Of a DNA stretch of 27,633 nt, positions 19,105 to 27,194 are shown piece by piece (positions within the stretch are counted from its first letter, which is position 1; the number at the start of each line of letters is the position of its first letter). Below the pieces are notes generated by a model. That model had not been told where the DNA came from. It ran no database searches and was given only the letters and a program-made list of their open reading frames with translations. The position numbers were made by a program, and so were the translations under genes. The stretch is from Candidatus Hydrogenedentota bacterium. GTDB taxonomy: Bacteria; Hydrogenedentota; Hydrogenedentia; Hydrogenedentales; SLHB01. The stretch covers positions 1-27,633 of the forward strand of contig JARKSN010000215.1 of NCBI GenBank assembly GCA_029974275.1, in the 5' to 3' direction.

Positions 19105-20541
19105 ATGAGTGTAACGTACGACATCAAAAAACTGTGTGAGTCCTGGTGGGAAAAAGTCGCCGACACCACCAAGAGCGAGCAGCACCGCTTTGCGGAACGC
19201 TTCCTGGCGTTGTTGGGGTGGGAAGAGGCCGCCCCCATTGCCTTGCCGGGAGAAGCGGCGCGTTTGGGCACGGTGTCGTATTTGCTGCGCGCGGGCAGTC
19301 ACGATTCGCTGGCGGCGCATTTCGTCATGCCGGGGGCTCTCGAACCTCCCAGCAACGTGATCGAGCGCGGGCTCGATTTTTGCGAGACGACGCGATCGCT
19401 TGTCGACGCCACGCGCTTTCTTCATGTCTCGTATGCATACGTCACGGACTTGTTCCGTTCGTACCTCTACGACGTTCGCGCGGAGGAACTCATCCTGTAC
19501 GCCGATTCGCCGGCGCAATTTCAGCAGGAATTCGGCGACATTCTCGCACGGGCCGATATCGAACGCGGCGCGCTCGAAGAGGTGCGCCGTCAGCCTCGCA
19601 GCGCGACCGCCCGCCAGCTTCGTGAATGGGGGCATCGCTGGCGCCGCGCGCTGATGGCTGAGTCGGAAGCTTCCGAGGAAGTCGCCGAGCAAGCCATCGA
19701 TCGCCTCATCGTGCTGCGCTATCTCATCGAGCACGACATCCTCAAGCGCGCCGGATGGCGGCTGCAGAAACGATACCAGGACCTGATCCGCGCGGCGTCC
19801 GGAGCGCGTCCCGAAGGTTGCGGCAAGAGGATCGTCGCGTTGTTTCACGACATCTGGTTCGACTGGAAGGCGGACATTTTTGCGCACGCCCCGATCATTG
19901 ACGCCGTTTTGGAGCGCGATCAGATTGCGGCGCCGTTGTTGCGCGAATTCTCGATGCTGTCGCGCGCGAAATTCACCATCGCGACCGTCCTCGAAAGCTT
20001 CAACTACGGCGAAGCCGCTGAAAAGGCCCGCGTTCGCATGATTCCCGAGGAAACCGAAGAGCGCAACCATCTGCTTGCAAAACAGACCCTCGACACGATC
20101 GACGAAATGCAGATCGCCATCGATCTCGCCGAGGAGGGGTACCGCAGCATCTTTCACTGGTTTGATCGGTTGATTGCGCTCTACGAACATCTCGATCGGG
20201 CCTATGAGGCGCGCCAGACACATGCCGCCCCTGTCCCCCGCGACATCGATCTATTCGCGTGGTCCGCCGAAGACGCCAAGCGGCCGCACGCGCTTTCCGA
20301 CAAATGCGTCCACGCCGCCGAGAAGGCGCTGGTCGTATATTGGACCACGCCCCGGCAATACCGCACCGCCCGCCTGCTTCTGTACCTTCACCTCATCAGT
20401 CGCTACGAGCAAGGCAAACAGCGGTTTCCGCGTTTCCCGCAACTCGAAAAGGCACTGGTCGAACGGCCGCGCATTCTCGATTCTGATCGGAAGCAGATCT
20501 TCGGCCAGCCCCCCGCGCCGGGCGATTGGGAAGTGGTGTAG
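19105..20541 (+). CDS. Hypothetical protein, 478 aa; apparent inactive, truncated homologue of Type IIG (Eco57I-like) restriction-modification enzymes
   Basis: ATG 1 nt after the upstream TAG. By eye it resembles Type IIG enzymes colinearly (FLALLGW; VTDL...YD; W.R.L; EQAIDRLIVLRY..E.DI; LF...W.ADIF; .TARL.L.L..; FPQLE.AL), but has no PD-(D/E)xK, DPxxGxG or NPPY. Confidence 0.7.
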   Translation: MSVTYDIKKLCESWWEKVADTTKSEQHRFAERFLALLGWEEAAPIALPGEAARLGTVSYLLRAGSHDSLAAHFVMPGALEPPSNVIERGLDFCETTRSLVDATRFLHVSYAYVTDLFRSYLYDVRAEELILYADSPAQFQQEFGDILARADIERGALEEVRRQPRSATARQLREWGHRWRRALMAESEASEEVAEQAIDRLIVLRYLIEHDILKRAGWRLQKRYQDLIRAASGARPEGCGKRIVALFHDIWFDWKADIFAHAPIIDAVLERDQIAAPLLREFSMLSRAKFTIATVLESFNYGEAAEKARVRMIPEETEERNHLLAKQTLDTIDEMQIAIDLAEEGYRSIFHWFDRLIALYEHLDRAYEARQTHAAPVPRDIDLFAWSAEDAKRPHALSDKCVHAAEKALVVYWTTPRQYRTARLLLYLHLISRYEQGKQRFPRFPQLEKALVERPRILDSDRKQIFGQPPAPGDWEVV

Positions 20542-20819
20542 CCAGGATGCTTCGCAAGCGCCGCGCTTCGCGAGAATGAGAGGAGATATGCTGGGAGACG
20601 CACGCGAAGAGGCGCTTGATCCGGGAAGAAAGAAAGCGTAGTTTCAACGCAGGGCAGGTCTTCGTGGCGGGCGTTCGTGCGGGAACGAAGGCGACGTTTT
20701 CAAGAGGGATGGCCTCCGGTTGTTTCTGCGAATGCCATTCGCGAGGAGTACGCAGCGAAACGGATCGGTTCCGGAACATGGGGAAGCTCTCGGTCTCCCA
20801 ACCTGTCGGAGGCGCGCAC

Positions 20820-21671
20820 ATGACGTCATCTACTGACCTTCAGGCATTGCTTGACCTCCCGTTGCTTCAGCGCATACCCGGCGACGCCCGAGAACGCGTC
20901 GCGACGCTTCTGCATCGCGTTTCCACGCGCATCGCCGTTTCCGATGGCGAAATTCTCTTGCTCCAGGGAAACGTGGGGGGCGATATGGGTTTTGTCTTGT
21001 TGCGCGGCGCGGTCGAGATCGATAGGGAAGAAACAGCGCCGATCGCCGTATCCGCGCCGGCTCTGTTGGGCGAGATGCTTCAATTCAATCCGAGCGCGCA
21101 ACGAACTGCCACGGTGCGGGTCGCCGGGGATGCGGAATGCCTCCGATTTCCATGGCAGGATTTTTATGCGCAGGCGAGACGGGACTTGTCGGAGGCCGAG
21201 CAGGACATGCTCATGGACAGCATGGAACGATGCATCTGGGAACGCTTGGGCCGCGATACGCTCATCGATCTCGCCTTATTCCGCGGCGTCTCCGACCAAC
21301 TGAAGCTCCGGGCGTGCTTGCTGTTGCAGTGGATTGTCCGGCGGGCGGTCCTATCCGCCGGCGAGCAACTGTTTGCCCAGGATGATCTGTGCGGCGGCGC
21401 GGGGTACATCCTTACGCGCGGCAGTTTCGAACTGACGCGGCCCAATCACCCGGCGGCGATCGTCGGTTCGCCCAATCTCTTGGGCGTGATGCCGCGCTTC
21501 GATCCCGATCGACGTTGGAGCGCGACGGCGATTGCGCGGGAAACGGCGGAACTGCTCCGGTTCTCGTGGCTGGAGTATGAGGCGATGCTGCAGCGACGGC
21601 TCTCGCAACGCGAACAGCAGGAACTGGGCGACGCCATCGCGGCAAACGCAGCGGCGCATTTCGTCGCGTAA
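20820..21671 (+). CDS. Stand-alone tandem cyclic-nucleotide-binding (cNMP) domain protein, 283 aa
   Basis: Two repeats: GEILLLQG..G..GFVLLRGAVEI...LLGEM...RTATV and GEQLFAQD....GYILTRGSFEL...LLGVM...WSATA. GGAGG RBS before ATG 20820; no HTH or output domain. Confidence 0.8.
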   Translation: MTSSTDLQALLDLPLLQRIPGDARERVATLLHRVSTRIAVSDGEILLLQGNVGGDMGFVLLRGAVEIDREETAPIAVSAPALLGEMLQFNPSAQRTATVRVAGDAECLRFPWQDFYAQARRDLSEAEQDMLMDSMERCIWERLGRDTLIDLALFRGVSDQLKLRACLLLQWIVRRAVLSAGEQLFAQDDLCGGAGYILTRGSFELTRPNHPAAIVGSPNLLGVMPRFDPDRRWSATAIARETAELLRFSWLEYEAMLQRRLSQREQQELGDAIAANAAAHFVA

Positions 21672-21720
21672 GCGGCTGCATCTCGTGCGTTTCACGAGAA
21701 CGGCAATGCCATGCGAAGAC

Positions 21721-22608
21721 CTATAGCGCCCTTTGCACGGGCGGCGCGCCCGCCTTCGGCAGCACCAACGCATTGAGCCAATTGATGAACTCCCGCTGAC
21801 GCATCTCGTCCTGGATGACGTGATCGTCGATCCCCAACTGCCAGCGGAGGTCCGTGCGCGCGGGATCGTCGTGGAGAGCCTCCAGGCGATCGACGTACGC
21901 CATCAGGTCTTCGTGGCCGCGGAAGAGGCCCTGTTTCACGAGACGGTCTTCGCGCGCGACGATGAGCCGCGCCAATTCATGCAGGTCATACTCGGGGTGA
22001 TACTGCACGCCCCAGAACTCGCCCTTGCCGTGTTTGACGGCCACCGCCTGGCAACAGTGCTCATTAGCGGCAAGCAGTACGCCGCCTTCAGGGAGTTTCG
22101 TGATGTGGTCGTCGTGACTCACAAAATGCGAGTAGACGTGCGGTTTGCCGTGGAACATCGGGTGCGTTTTCGCGGCGTCGGTCGTGGCGATGTTGCGCAC
22201 GACGCCCATCTCGCGTCCCTTGGGATGGGGCGAAACTTCGCCGCCGGCGGAGTAGACGGCCACTTGGGCGCCCCAGCAGCTGCCAAAACCCGGCACGCCG
22301 ACGTTATACGCGCGCTTGGCGAGTTCCACCTGACACGTCGCGCGCTCATCGTCCGTGTGGTAGACCGTCAGGTTGCAGCCCGGCCACAACACGCCCGCGT
22401 ATCCCTTGAGGTCTTCTTCGGTGGCGCCTCCCTTCAAATCATCGCTCGATAGCCAGACGTCGTATTCGGCATCCGGCAAGTACTTCACCAACATGTCGCG
22501 ATAGAGCGCCCACGCCAACTTCATGCCCACTTCGTCGAATTGGTCCCGGCTGGCCTTGGGATATCCATCCAGAATCAAGAAGCGCAACGGCTTCGACATC
22601 GTATTCAT
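21721..22608 (-). CDS. Type 1 glutamine amidotransferase (GMP-synthase-like GATase domain, stand-alone)
   Basis: Nucleophile elbow GSCWGAQ, H.D.I, QYHPE (His-Glu of the triad). Alternative start at 22599. Confidence 0.88.
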   Translation of the reverse strand: MNTMSKPLRFLILDGYPKASRDQFDEVGMKLAWALYRDMLVKYLPDAEYDVWLSSDDLKGGATEEDLKGYAGVLWPGCNLTVYHTDDERATCQVELAKRAYNVGVPGFGSCWGAQVAVYSAGGEVSPHPKGREMGVVRNIATTDAAKTHPMFHGKPHVYSHFVSHDDHITKLPEGGVLLAANEHCCQAVAVKHGKGEFWGVQYHPEYDLHELARLIVAREDRLVKQGLFRGHEDLMAYVDRLEALHDDPARTDLRWQLGIDDHVIQDEMRQREFINWLNALVLPKAGAPPVQRAL

Positions 22609-22626
22609 CCCTTTCTCGGAAGCCGC

Positions 22627-23394
22627 CTACTTGCTCCCGTTCAATTCTTCGACAATCGCCGCCAACTGGGCGTAGTCCGTGCAGATCGCGTCGGCTTTCG
22701 AATGCGCGCTGCCACGATCCTTGACCACCGTGGTGAGAATCGCGCGCGCGCCTACCGCGTGCGGTCCTCCGACGTCATTGTGTTCGCGGTCGCCGATGTG
22801 GACGATCTCGCTCACGTCGCAGCCCAACTGCTTTGCCGCCGCTTCGAACACGCTGGGGTGCGGTTTCGAATGGCCCGCTTCATCGGAGAACACAAAGACC
22901 TGGAAGTAATCCAGCAGGCCTTCGTCCTTGAGCAACTGACGCAGGCAGCGGCCCGGCGAGAAGATCGCGTCGGAGATCACAGCAAGCTTGTACTTAGCGT
23001 GGAGCGCCTTGATCGCCTCATGCACATGAGGGGCGAAATCGGGTCGGAATTCCAGCTCCATCTCTTCATGTAAGCGGATCAACTCGGCGAACTCTGGCTC
23101 GGGCAAGCTGCGCTTTAGTCCGTCGAGCAGCACGGTCAAGCGTTCGCGCACGGACCACGTCACGTGCTGATCGTGCCAGACCTTACGGAATGCGGCGTCC
23201 GTCACGTCATAGGCCAGGTGGACCGTTTCGCGCGCGATCGGCTCGTGCTGGTTAAGGTATGCGTGGACGAGTGCGCGCCGCTCTGCCGATTTGGACGGAC
23301 GCCCCGCCGCAGCGCGTTTCGGCTCGTCGGTGTCGTCCTGGAATACGGCATCCCACAGATCAAACGTAATGGCTTTGATGGTTCTTTTTGACAC
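22627..23394 (-). CDS. HAD-superfamily hydrolase, 255 aa
   Basis: Motif I FDLWD, motif II ISD, motif III KP, motif IV HIGDREHND; GTG start after GAGG. Confidence 0.9.
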   Translation of the reverse strand: MSKRTIKAITFDLWDAVFQDDTDEPKRAAAGRPSKSAERRALVHAYLNQHEPIARETVHLAYDVTDAAFRKVWHDQHVTWSVRERLTVLLDGLKRSLPEPEFAELIRLHEEMELEFRPDFAPHVHEAIKALHAKYKLAVISDAIFSPGRCLRQLLKDEGLLDYFQVFVFSDEAGHSKPHPSVFEAAAKQLGCDVSEIVHIGDREHNDVGGPHAVGARAILTTVVKDRGSAHSKADAICTDYAQLAAIVEELNGSK

Positions 23395-23456
23395 TGGAGC
23401 ACCTCGTTATCAGCTTTTGATCGGCTCGCCGGTTGAGTGACGGCGACACAGGGGGG

Positions 23457-23485
23457 ACTATAGCAAATCCTGGGGGTTCCCGCAA
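23457..23485 (-). promoter_or_regulatory. Putative sigma-70 promoter of the HAD-GATase operon
   Basis: Minus strand TTGCGG-N17-TATAGT with an extended -10 TGn. Confidence 0.5.
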
Positions 23486-23542
23486 AACTTCCGACTTCGC
23501 TTCGGTTTTCCCAAGCGAAATTTCAGGAGGGGATGGGGCGCG

Positions 23543-23737
23543 CTATGCCGAAAGGTCGAGATTCCGGCCCACCGCCGGATCGATGATTGCCGCGGATTGG
23601 ATGAGTTGCACGGCCATTTGGCCCATCTCTTTCATCACATGCTGCTGCTGTTTCAACGCGGCGACCTGCAATAGAGCCCCGATCGGCGCCGCCGACGGCT
23701 CCGCGCTCAAACCTCTAATGCTTGCAATGCCGTTCAT
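23543..23737 (-). CDS. Small YjfB-like (putative motility protein family) protein, 64 aa
   Basis: QVAALKQQQ.......A.QLIQS......GRNLDLSA matches the YjfB-type pattern (V.vlK...q.a..Li.s...G.niD..a). GAGGG RBS before ATG 23737; has its own promoter. Confidence 0.7.
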   Translation of the reverse strand: MNGIASIRGLSAEPSAAPIGALLQVAALKQQQHVMKEMGQMAVQLIQSAAIIDPAVGRNLDLSA

Positions 23738-23765
23738 GATAACCCTCATCGCGCTTCAATACACT

Positions 23766-23794
23766 TTTATACCACCATTCGCGCGGTGCGTCAA
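23766..23794 (-). promoter_or_regulatory. Sigma-70 promoter of the YjfB-like gene
   Basis: Minus strand TTGACG-N17-TATAAA with extended -10 TGG and an AT-rich UP-like tract upstream (23811-23850). Confidence 0.75.
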
Positions 23795-24027
23795 AGAGAA
23801 TTTTGGGTATGTTTTCAATAAAATAAATATATTCAATAAATACTATACATTTCTTTGTGTATGCGGCGACGATCAGGCAAAAATCTGAGTTCCGAGTAAG
23901 CCAGCGCAACAGATGCCTGATGGGCGCCGAACTCTGTATGACCGTCTGTGAAGGCAAAATTAGCACGCCATTCCAAAATGCTGGAATCGAGAAGGGCGTA
24001 GCGTTCGTGTATTGCCCGGATCGCCAC

Positions 24028-25242
24028 CTATCCTATGTCCCGGCAGGGCTTATGACCGCTCGGCGCGACTGCGGCGGAATCGTGACGTCCCGACGTCCGG
24101 ATCAGCCACGCACTGGCCAATAGGCCCAACAGCACGATTCCGACGCCCGCCACAATAGCCGGCGTGTAACTTTCGGTCATGTCGTACAAGCACCCTCCGA
24201 CCCATGGGCCAACAATTCCCCCAACGCCATACGCCAGGAAAACAAGGGGATAGATGCTCGCCACTCGGTCAACCCCATACCGGGAAGCCGTCTGGGTGGC
24301 ATAAACGACAAAACACCCCCCAAAACCGAAGCCGACTGCCATTGCCAGGGCCGGAAAATTTCCAGATCGAGTCGGCATTGGCAGAAGCCCGACAATCGTC
24401 GCCGCAAGGACAGCCAAGGACAAGGTGATGACGCCCGGTCCGGACTTGTCGGCTATCCATCCCCACACAATTCTCCCTCCTGCGTTTCCGATCGCGAAAG
24501 CCCCGACGGCCGTAGTGGCGACTGCTGGGGGGAGTCCGATTGCCAGAGCAATGGGGCTGAGGTTGCCGATGACGAGAAGTCCGGCAGACGTGCCGCAGAA
24601 CATGCCTACGACCAAGGCCCAGAAAAAACGGTCCTGCATCAAGTCCCGGCGAATCAGAGGGGAATCGGAAGGGGGGCGCCCACCGAACGGCGCGGACTTC
24701 AGCAATAAGGCCGCCCCTAAGATGATTGCGCCATAGGCCACCCCTACCCATCGGAGAACCACAAGCACATCCATGTTCTGCTCAAAGAGCATGTCGACGA
24801 GTCTCGATAGCAGAACCGCCCCGCCGCCAAACCCTGCGACCCCCACGCCTGTCGCCACGCCTTTTCTTTCGGGAAACCATCCCATACACATCGCGAGCGC
24901 ACAGACATAGCAGAATCCCGTGCCGATGCCCGCCACAACGCTGATTCCCAAACACATCCACAGAAAGGAGCCGCCGGATAGCGAGGCCATCACGTATCCA
25001 CTCCCGAATAGAACGCCCCCGATACCCGCAACCAGTTTGGGGCCCCGTTGCTCTAACAAAAGGCCCGCATAAATCATCGATACCGTGAAGACCGCAATGA
25101 GACCACCGAAAATGAGCTGCGTTTGCGCCGTGGACAAACCGTAAGAAACCCTCAACGGATGGATGTAGCTGCTCCACGCGTACAATCCGCCGATGCACAT
25201 CTGAATGCTCACAGACGCCAATAAGATGACAGCTCTCATCAT
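24028..25242 (-). CDS. MFS transporter, oxalate/formate antiporter (OFA) / monocarboxylate-like, ~404 aa
   Basis: ~12 hydrophobic segments; GGLYAWS, GIGTGFCY, WFPERKGVATG..V.GFG.G and NAGGRIVWGWIADK are typical of OFA-family MFS. Confidence 0.85.
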   Translation of the reverse strand: MMRAVILLASVSIQMCIGGLYAWSSYIHPLRVSYGLSTAQTQLIFGGLIAVFTVSMIYAGLLLEQRGPKLVAGIGGVLFGSGYVMASLSGGSFLWMCLGISVVAGIGTGFCYVCALAMCMGWFPERKGVATGVGVAGFGGGAVLLSRLVDMLFEQNMDVLVVLRWVGVAYGAIILGAALLLKSAPFGGRPPSDSPLIRRDLMQDRFFWALVVGMFCGTSAGLLVIGNLSPIALAIGLPPAVATTAVGAFAIGNAGGRIVWGWIADKSGPGVITLSLAVLAATIVGLLPMPTRSGNFPALAMAVGFGFGGCFVVYATQTASRYGVDRVASIYPLVFLAYGVGGIVGPWVGGCLYDMTESYTPAIVAGVGIVLLGLLASAWLIRTSGRHDSAAVAPSGHKPCRDIG

Positions 25243-25304
25243 TGGACGACCCTCGTCAGCCAAACACATCTTCCCGCGCAGCCGTGGCTGGCGCCGATAG
25301 ACCC

Positions 25305-27194
25305 TTACGCGTACCACTCCGAATGGGGCAGCATGCGTTCGTAGTCTTCGATTGTCCCGCTATCCAGACAGCATTCGATAATCTTTCTGCCTACAGGAGA
25401 CAAATCCGGCTCAAGAAACTGCGTAACGTGCTCGCGGAAGAAGTTCACCAATATCTGCGCGCCCTGGTCGTACCCTTCATCCCCCACCTCGGGTTGGGTG
25501 TTCACTTCGAGAAACCCGTGCGTGATGGGAATGCCTTCGATACGCATGGATCGCAGTGCATAGCCCAGCAGGGCGCACCGCGCATGGGCTATCTGGTCAG
25601 CGCCGAATTTCGCGCCCCCGCGCCGGGCAAGATAATCGCGCGTGAGCCACTGCGGCATAAAACCGCATGCCCACGCCCCGATGTGCTGATTCGGCACAAG
25701 GATGTATCGGGTGCGCGGCGTTTCCTGGATCTGCTGGAGCAGAAGGTTCGCTTGATCCACCCGTCGCCCCGTCGTAAAGGGCCAGTAACTGCCAACGCCT
25801 TCGCTGCCCATCGTGTCCGTCTCGACAATACTGGGATTCGAGAAGCCGCGAGGGGCGACGAGACGCCACAGCCACGCCAACGCGGGCGGCAATACATGAA
25901 ACAACCCGATAATGCCGTAGCTTGGATTCTCGCGGGTGCATGGCGGCGTGCGAATGCCGATGCTTCGAATATCGATACTGACGGGTTCGTTCACCACGTT
26001 CGGCACAATGGATCGCGGTATAATGACTCGTGGGTTGGGACACGGCTTGCCGGGTTCATCTTCAATATGTTCCCAGATAAGCGCGCGACTGCCGGGAACC
26101 GCGTCAATGTTCAGAAACAGCAGGGGTACAGGCGGGCGCGTCGTCAGTTTCTCCAAATCATGATCCGCCCCATACTCATCAATGTGGTTGACGCGCACGA
26201 ACCAGCCTTTTTCGGCATCCACGAGCCAAAGTTTCTCGTTCTTTTGCTGAATGCTGGGATGGCACAACGCCATGTCATCGCACACCGGATGCAGCTCGCA
26301 CATGCGCGGAATCTCGATGTAACGCTCCTCGCCGGTCAGCACATTGCGTCCCTTGAGCATACGGCCATCGGGCAGGCGATGGGGCTGCTCCAGCATTTCG
26401 CTCTTTCCGCCGCCGCTGGCCCCTTCGTGCATGATTGTCAATACATTGTCGTAGGGCGTGATGACCTGCACCGCCGAGCAGTGGGCCGTGACCCAGCCTT
26501 CCGCCGCGCCAAGGCGAATCAATGCCCCATAGACGCCTTTTTTTGCGCTAGGACCTGGGTAAAGATTGTAGGAAAAGATCTCGTGGATGGCATCGGTCCG
26601 ATTGTGGACGACGATCTGCTTCCCCTCGAAATGGGTGTGCCGAAACGGAGGCGCCACGTAGATAATGGTCTTCGGCGCAAAGTGATCGGGCAAGTCATCC
26701 TGCTGGATAATGCCCTGCAGCAAAGCCAGCCCAAACGCAAAAAAACCGGCGTTCGCCGGCGCCACAACCAAAGCGTCATCTCCCATGTCGCCTTGGCCCG
26801 TCCGAAAAGCGAAAATGGCCAATTCCTGTCCGGCAAGCCACTCCAATGTCTGCGTTCTAAGCCCGGCAAAATCTACCCCAAAACGGCCCTGAAAGGTCGG
26901 CTTGTCCGTCGGCTTATCGTCTGCCACCAGCATGCAGTCGGGATCGCGCCGGCGCATGTAGGGGTCCACGTAGTTGGCCACGATGCCGTTTCGAACCCGG
27001 GCGACGACGGCCTCGGTCACCGAACGCCCATCGGGAAGATCGTATTTCACCTCATGGAAATCCCGTTCAGCGCCGCCACAGGCCAAATCGAACAACTCGC
27101 TGACGTTTCCCAGAACCTGCACGCTGGGGGAACTCTTGAACACCTGCTCCAGTTCAGAAGGTGGATTCACCGATCGCCAATCCGCTATTGCCAT
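25305..27194 (-). CDS. DUF4914-type protein with PEP-carboxykinase-like catalytic motifs, 629 aa
   Basis: YMRRRDPDCM, YPGPSAKKGVY, HCSAV, HEGASGGGKSEM (P-loop), VCDDM, NPRV and EGVGSYWPF motifs; GAGGG RBS. Confidence 0.8.
   Translation of the reverse strand: MAIADWRSVNPPSELEQVFKSSPSVQVLGNVSELFDLACGGAERDFHEVKYDLPDGRSVTEAVVARVRNGIVANYVDPYMRRRDPDCMLVADDKPTDKPTFQGRFGVDFAGLRTQTLEWLAGQELAIFAFRTGQGDMGDDALVVAPANAGFFAFGLALLQGIIQQDDLPDHFAPKTIIYVAPPFRHTHFEGKQIVVHNRTDAIHEIFSYNLYPGPSAKKGVYGALIRLGAAEGWVTAHCSAVQVITPYDNVLTIMHEGASGGGKSEMLEQPHRLPDGRMLKGRNVLTGEERYIEIPRMCELHPVCDDMALCHPSIQQKNEKLWLVDAEKGWFVRVNHIDEYGADHDLEKLTTRPPVPLLFLNIDAVPGSRALIWEHIEDEPGKPCPNPRVIIPRSIVPNVVNEPVSIDIRSIGIRTPPCTRENPSYGIIGLFHVLPPALAWLWRLVAPRGFSNPSIVETDTMGSEGVGSYWPFTTGRRVDQANLLLQQIQETPRTRYILVPNQHIGAWACGFMPQWLTRDYLARRGGAKFGADQIAHARCALLGYALRSMRIEGIPITHGFLEVNTQPEVGDEGYDQGAQILVNFFREHVTQFLEPDLSPVGRKIIECCLDSGTIEDYERMLPHSEWYA

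Noticed and set aside
20616..20819. Longer 351-aa start for the cNMP protein
   Set aside because: The extension looks non-protein-like; a GGAGG RBS precedes ATG 20820.
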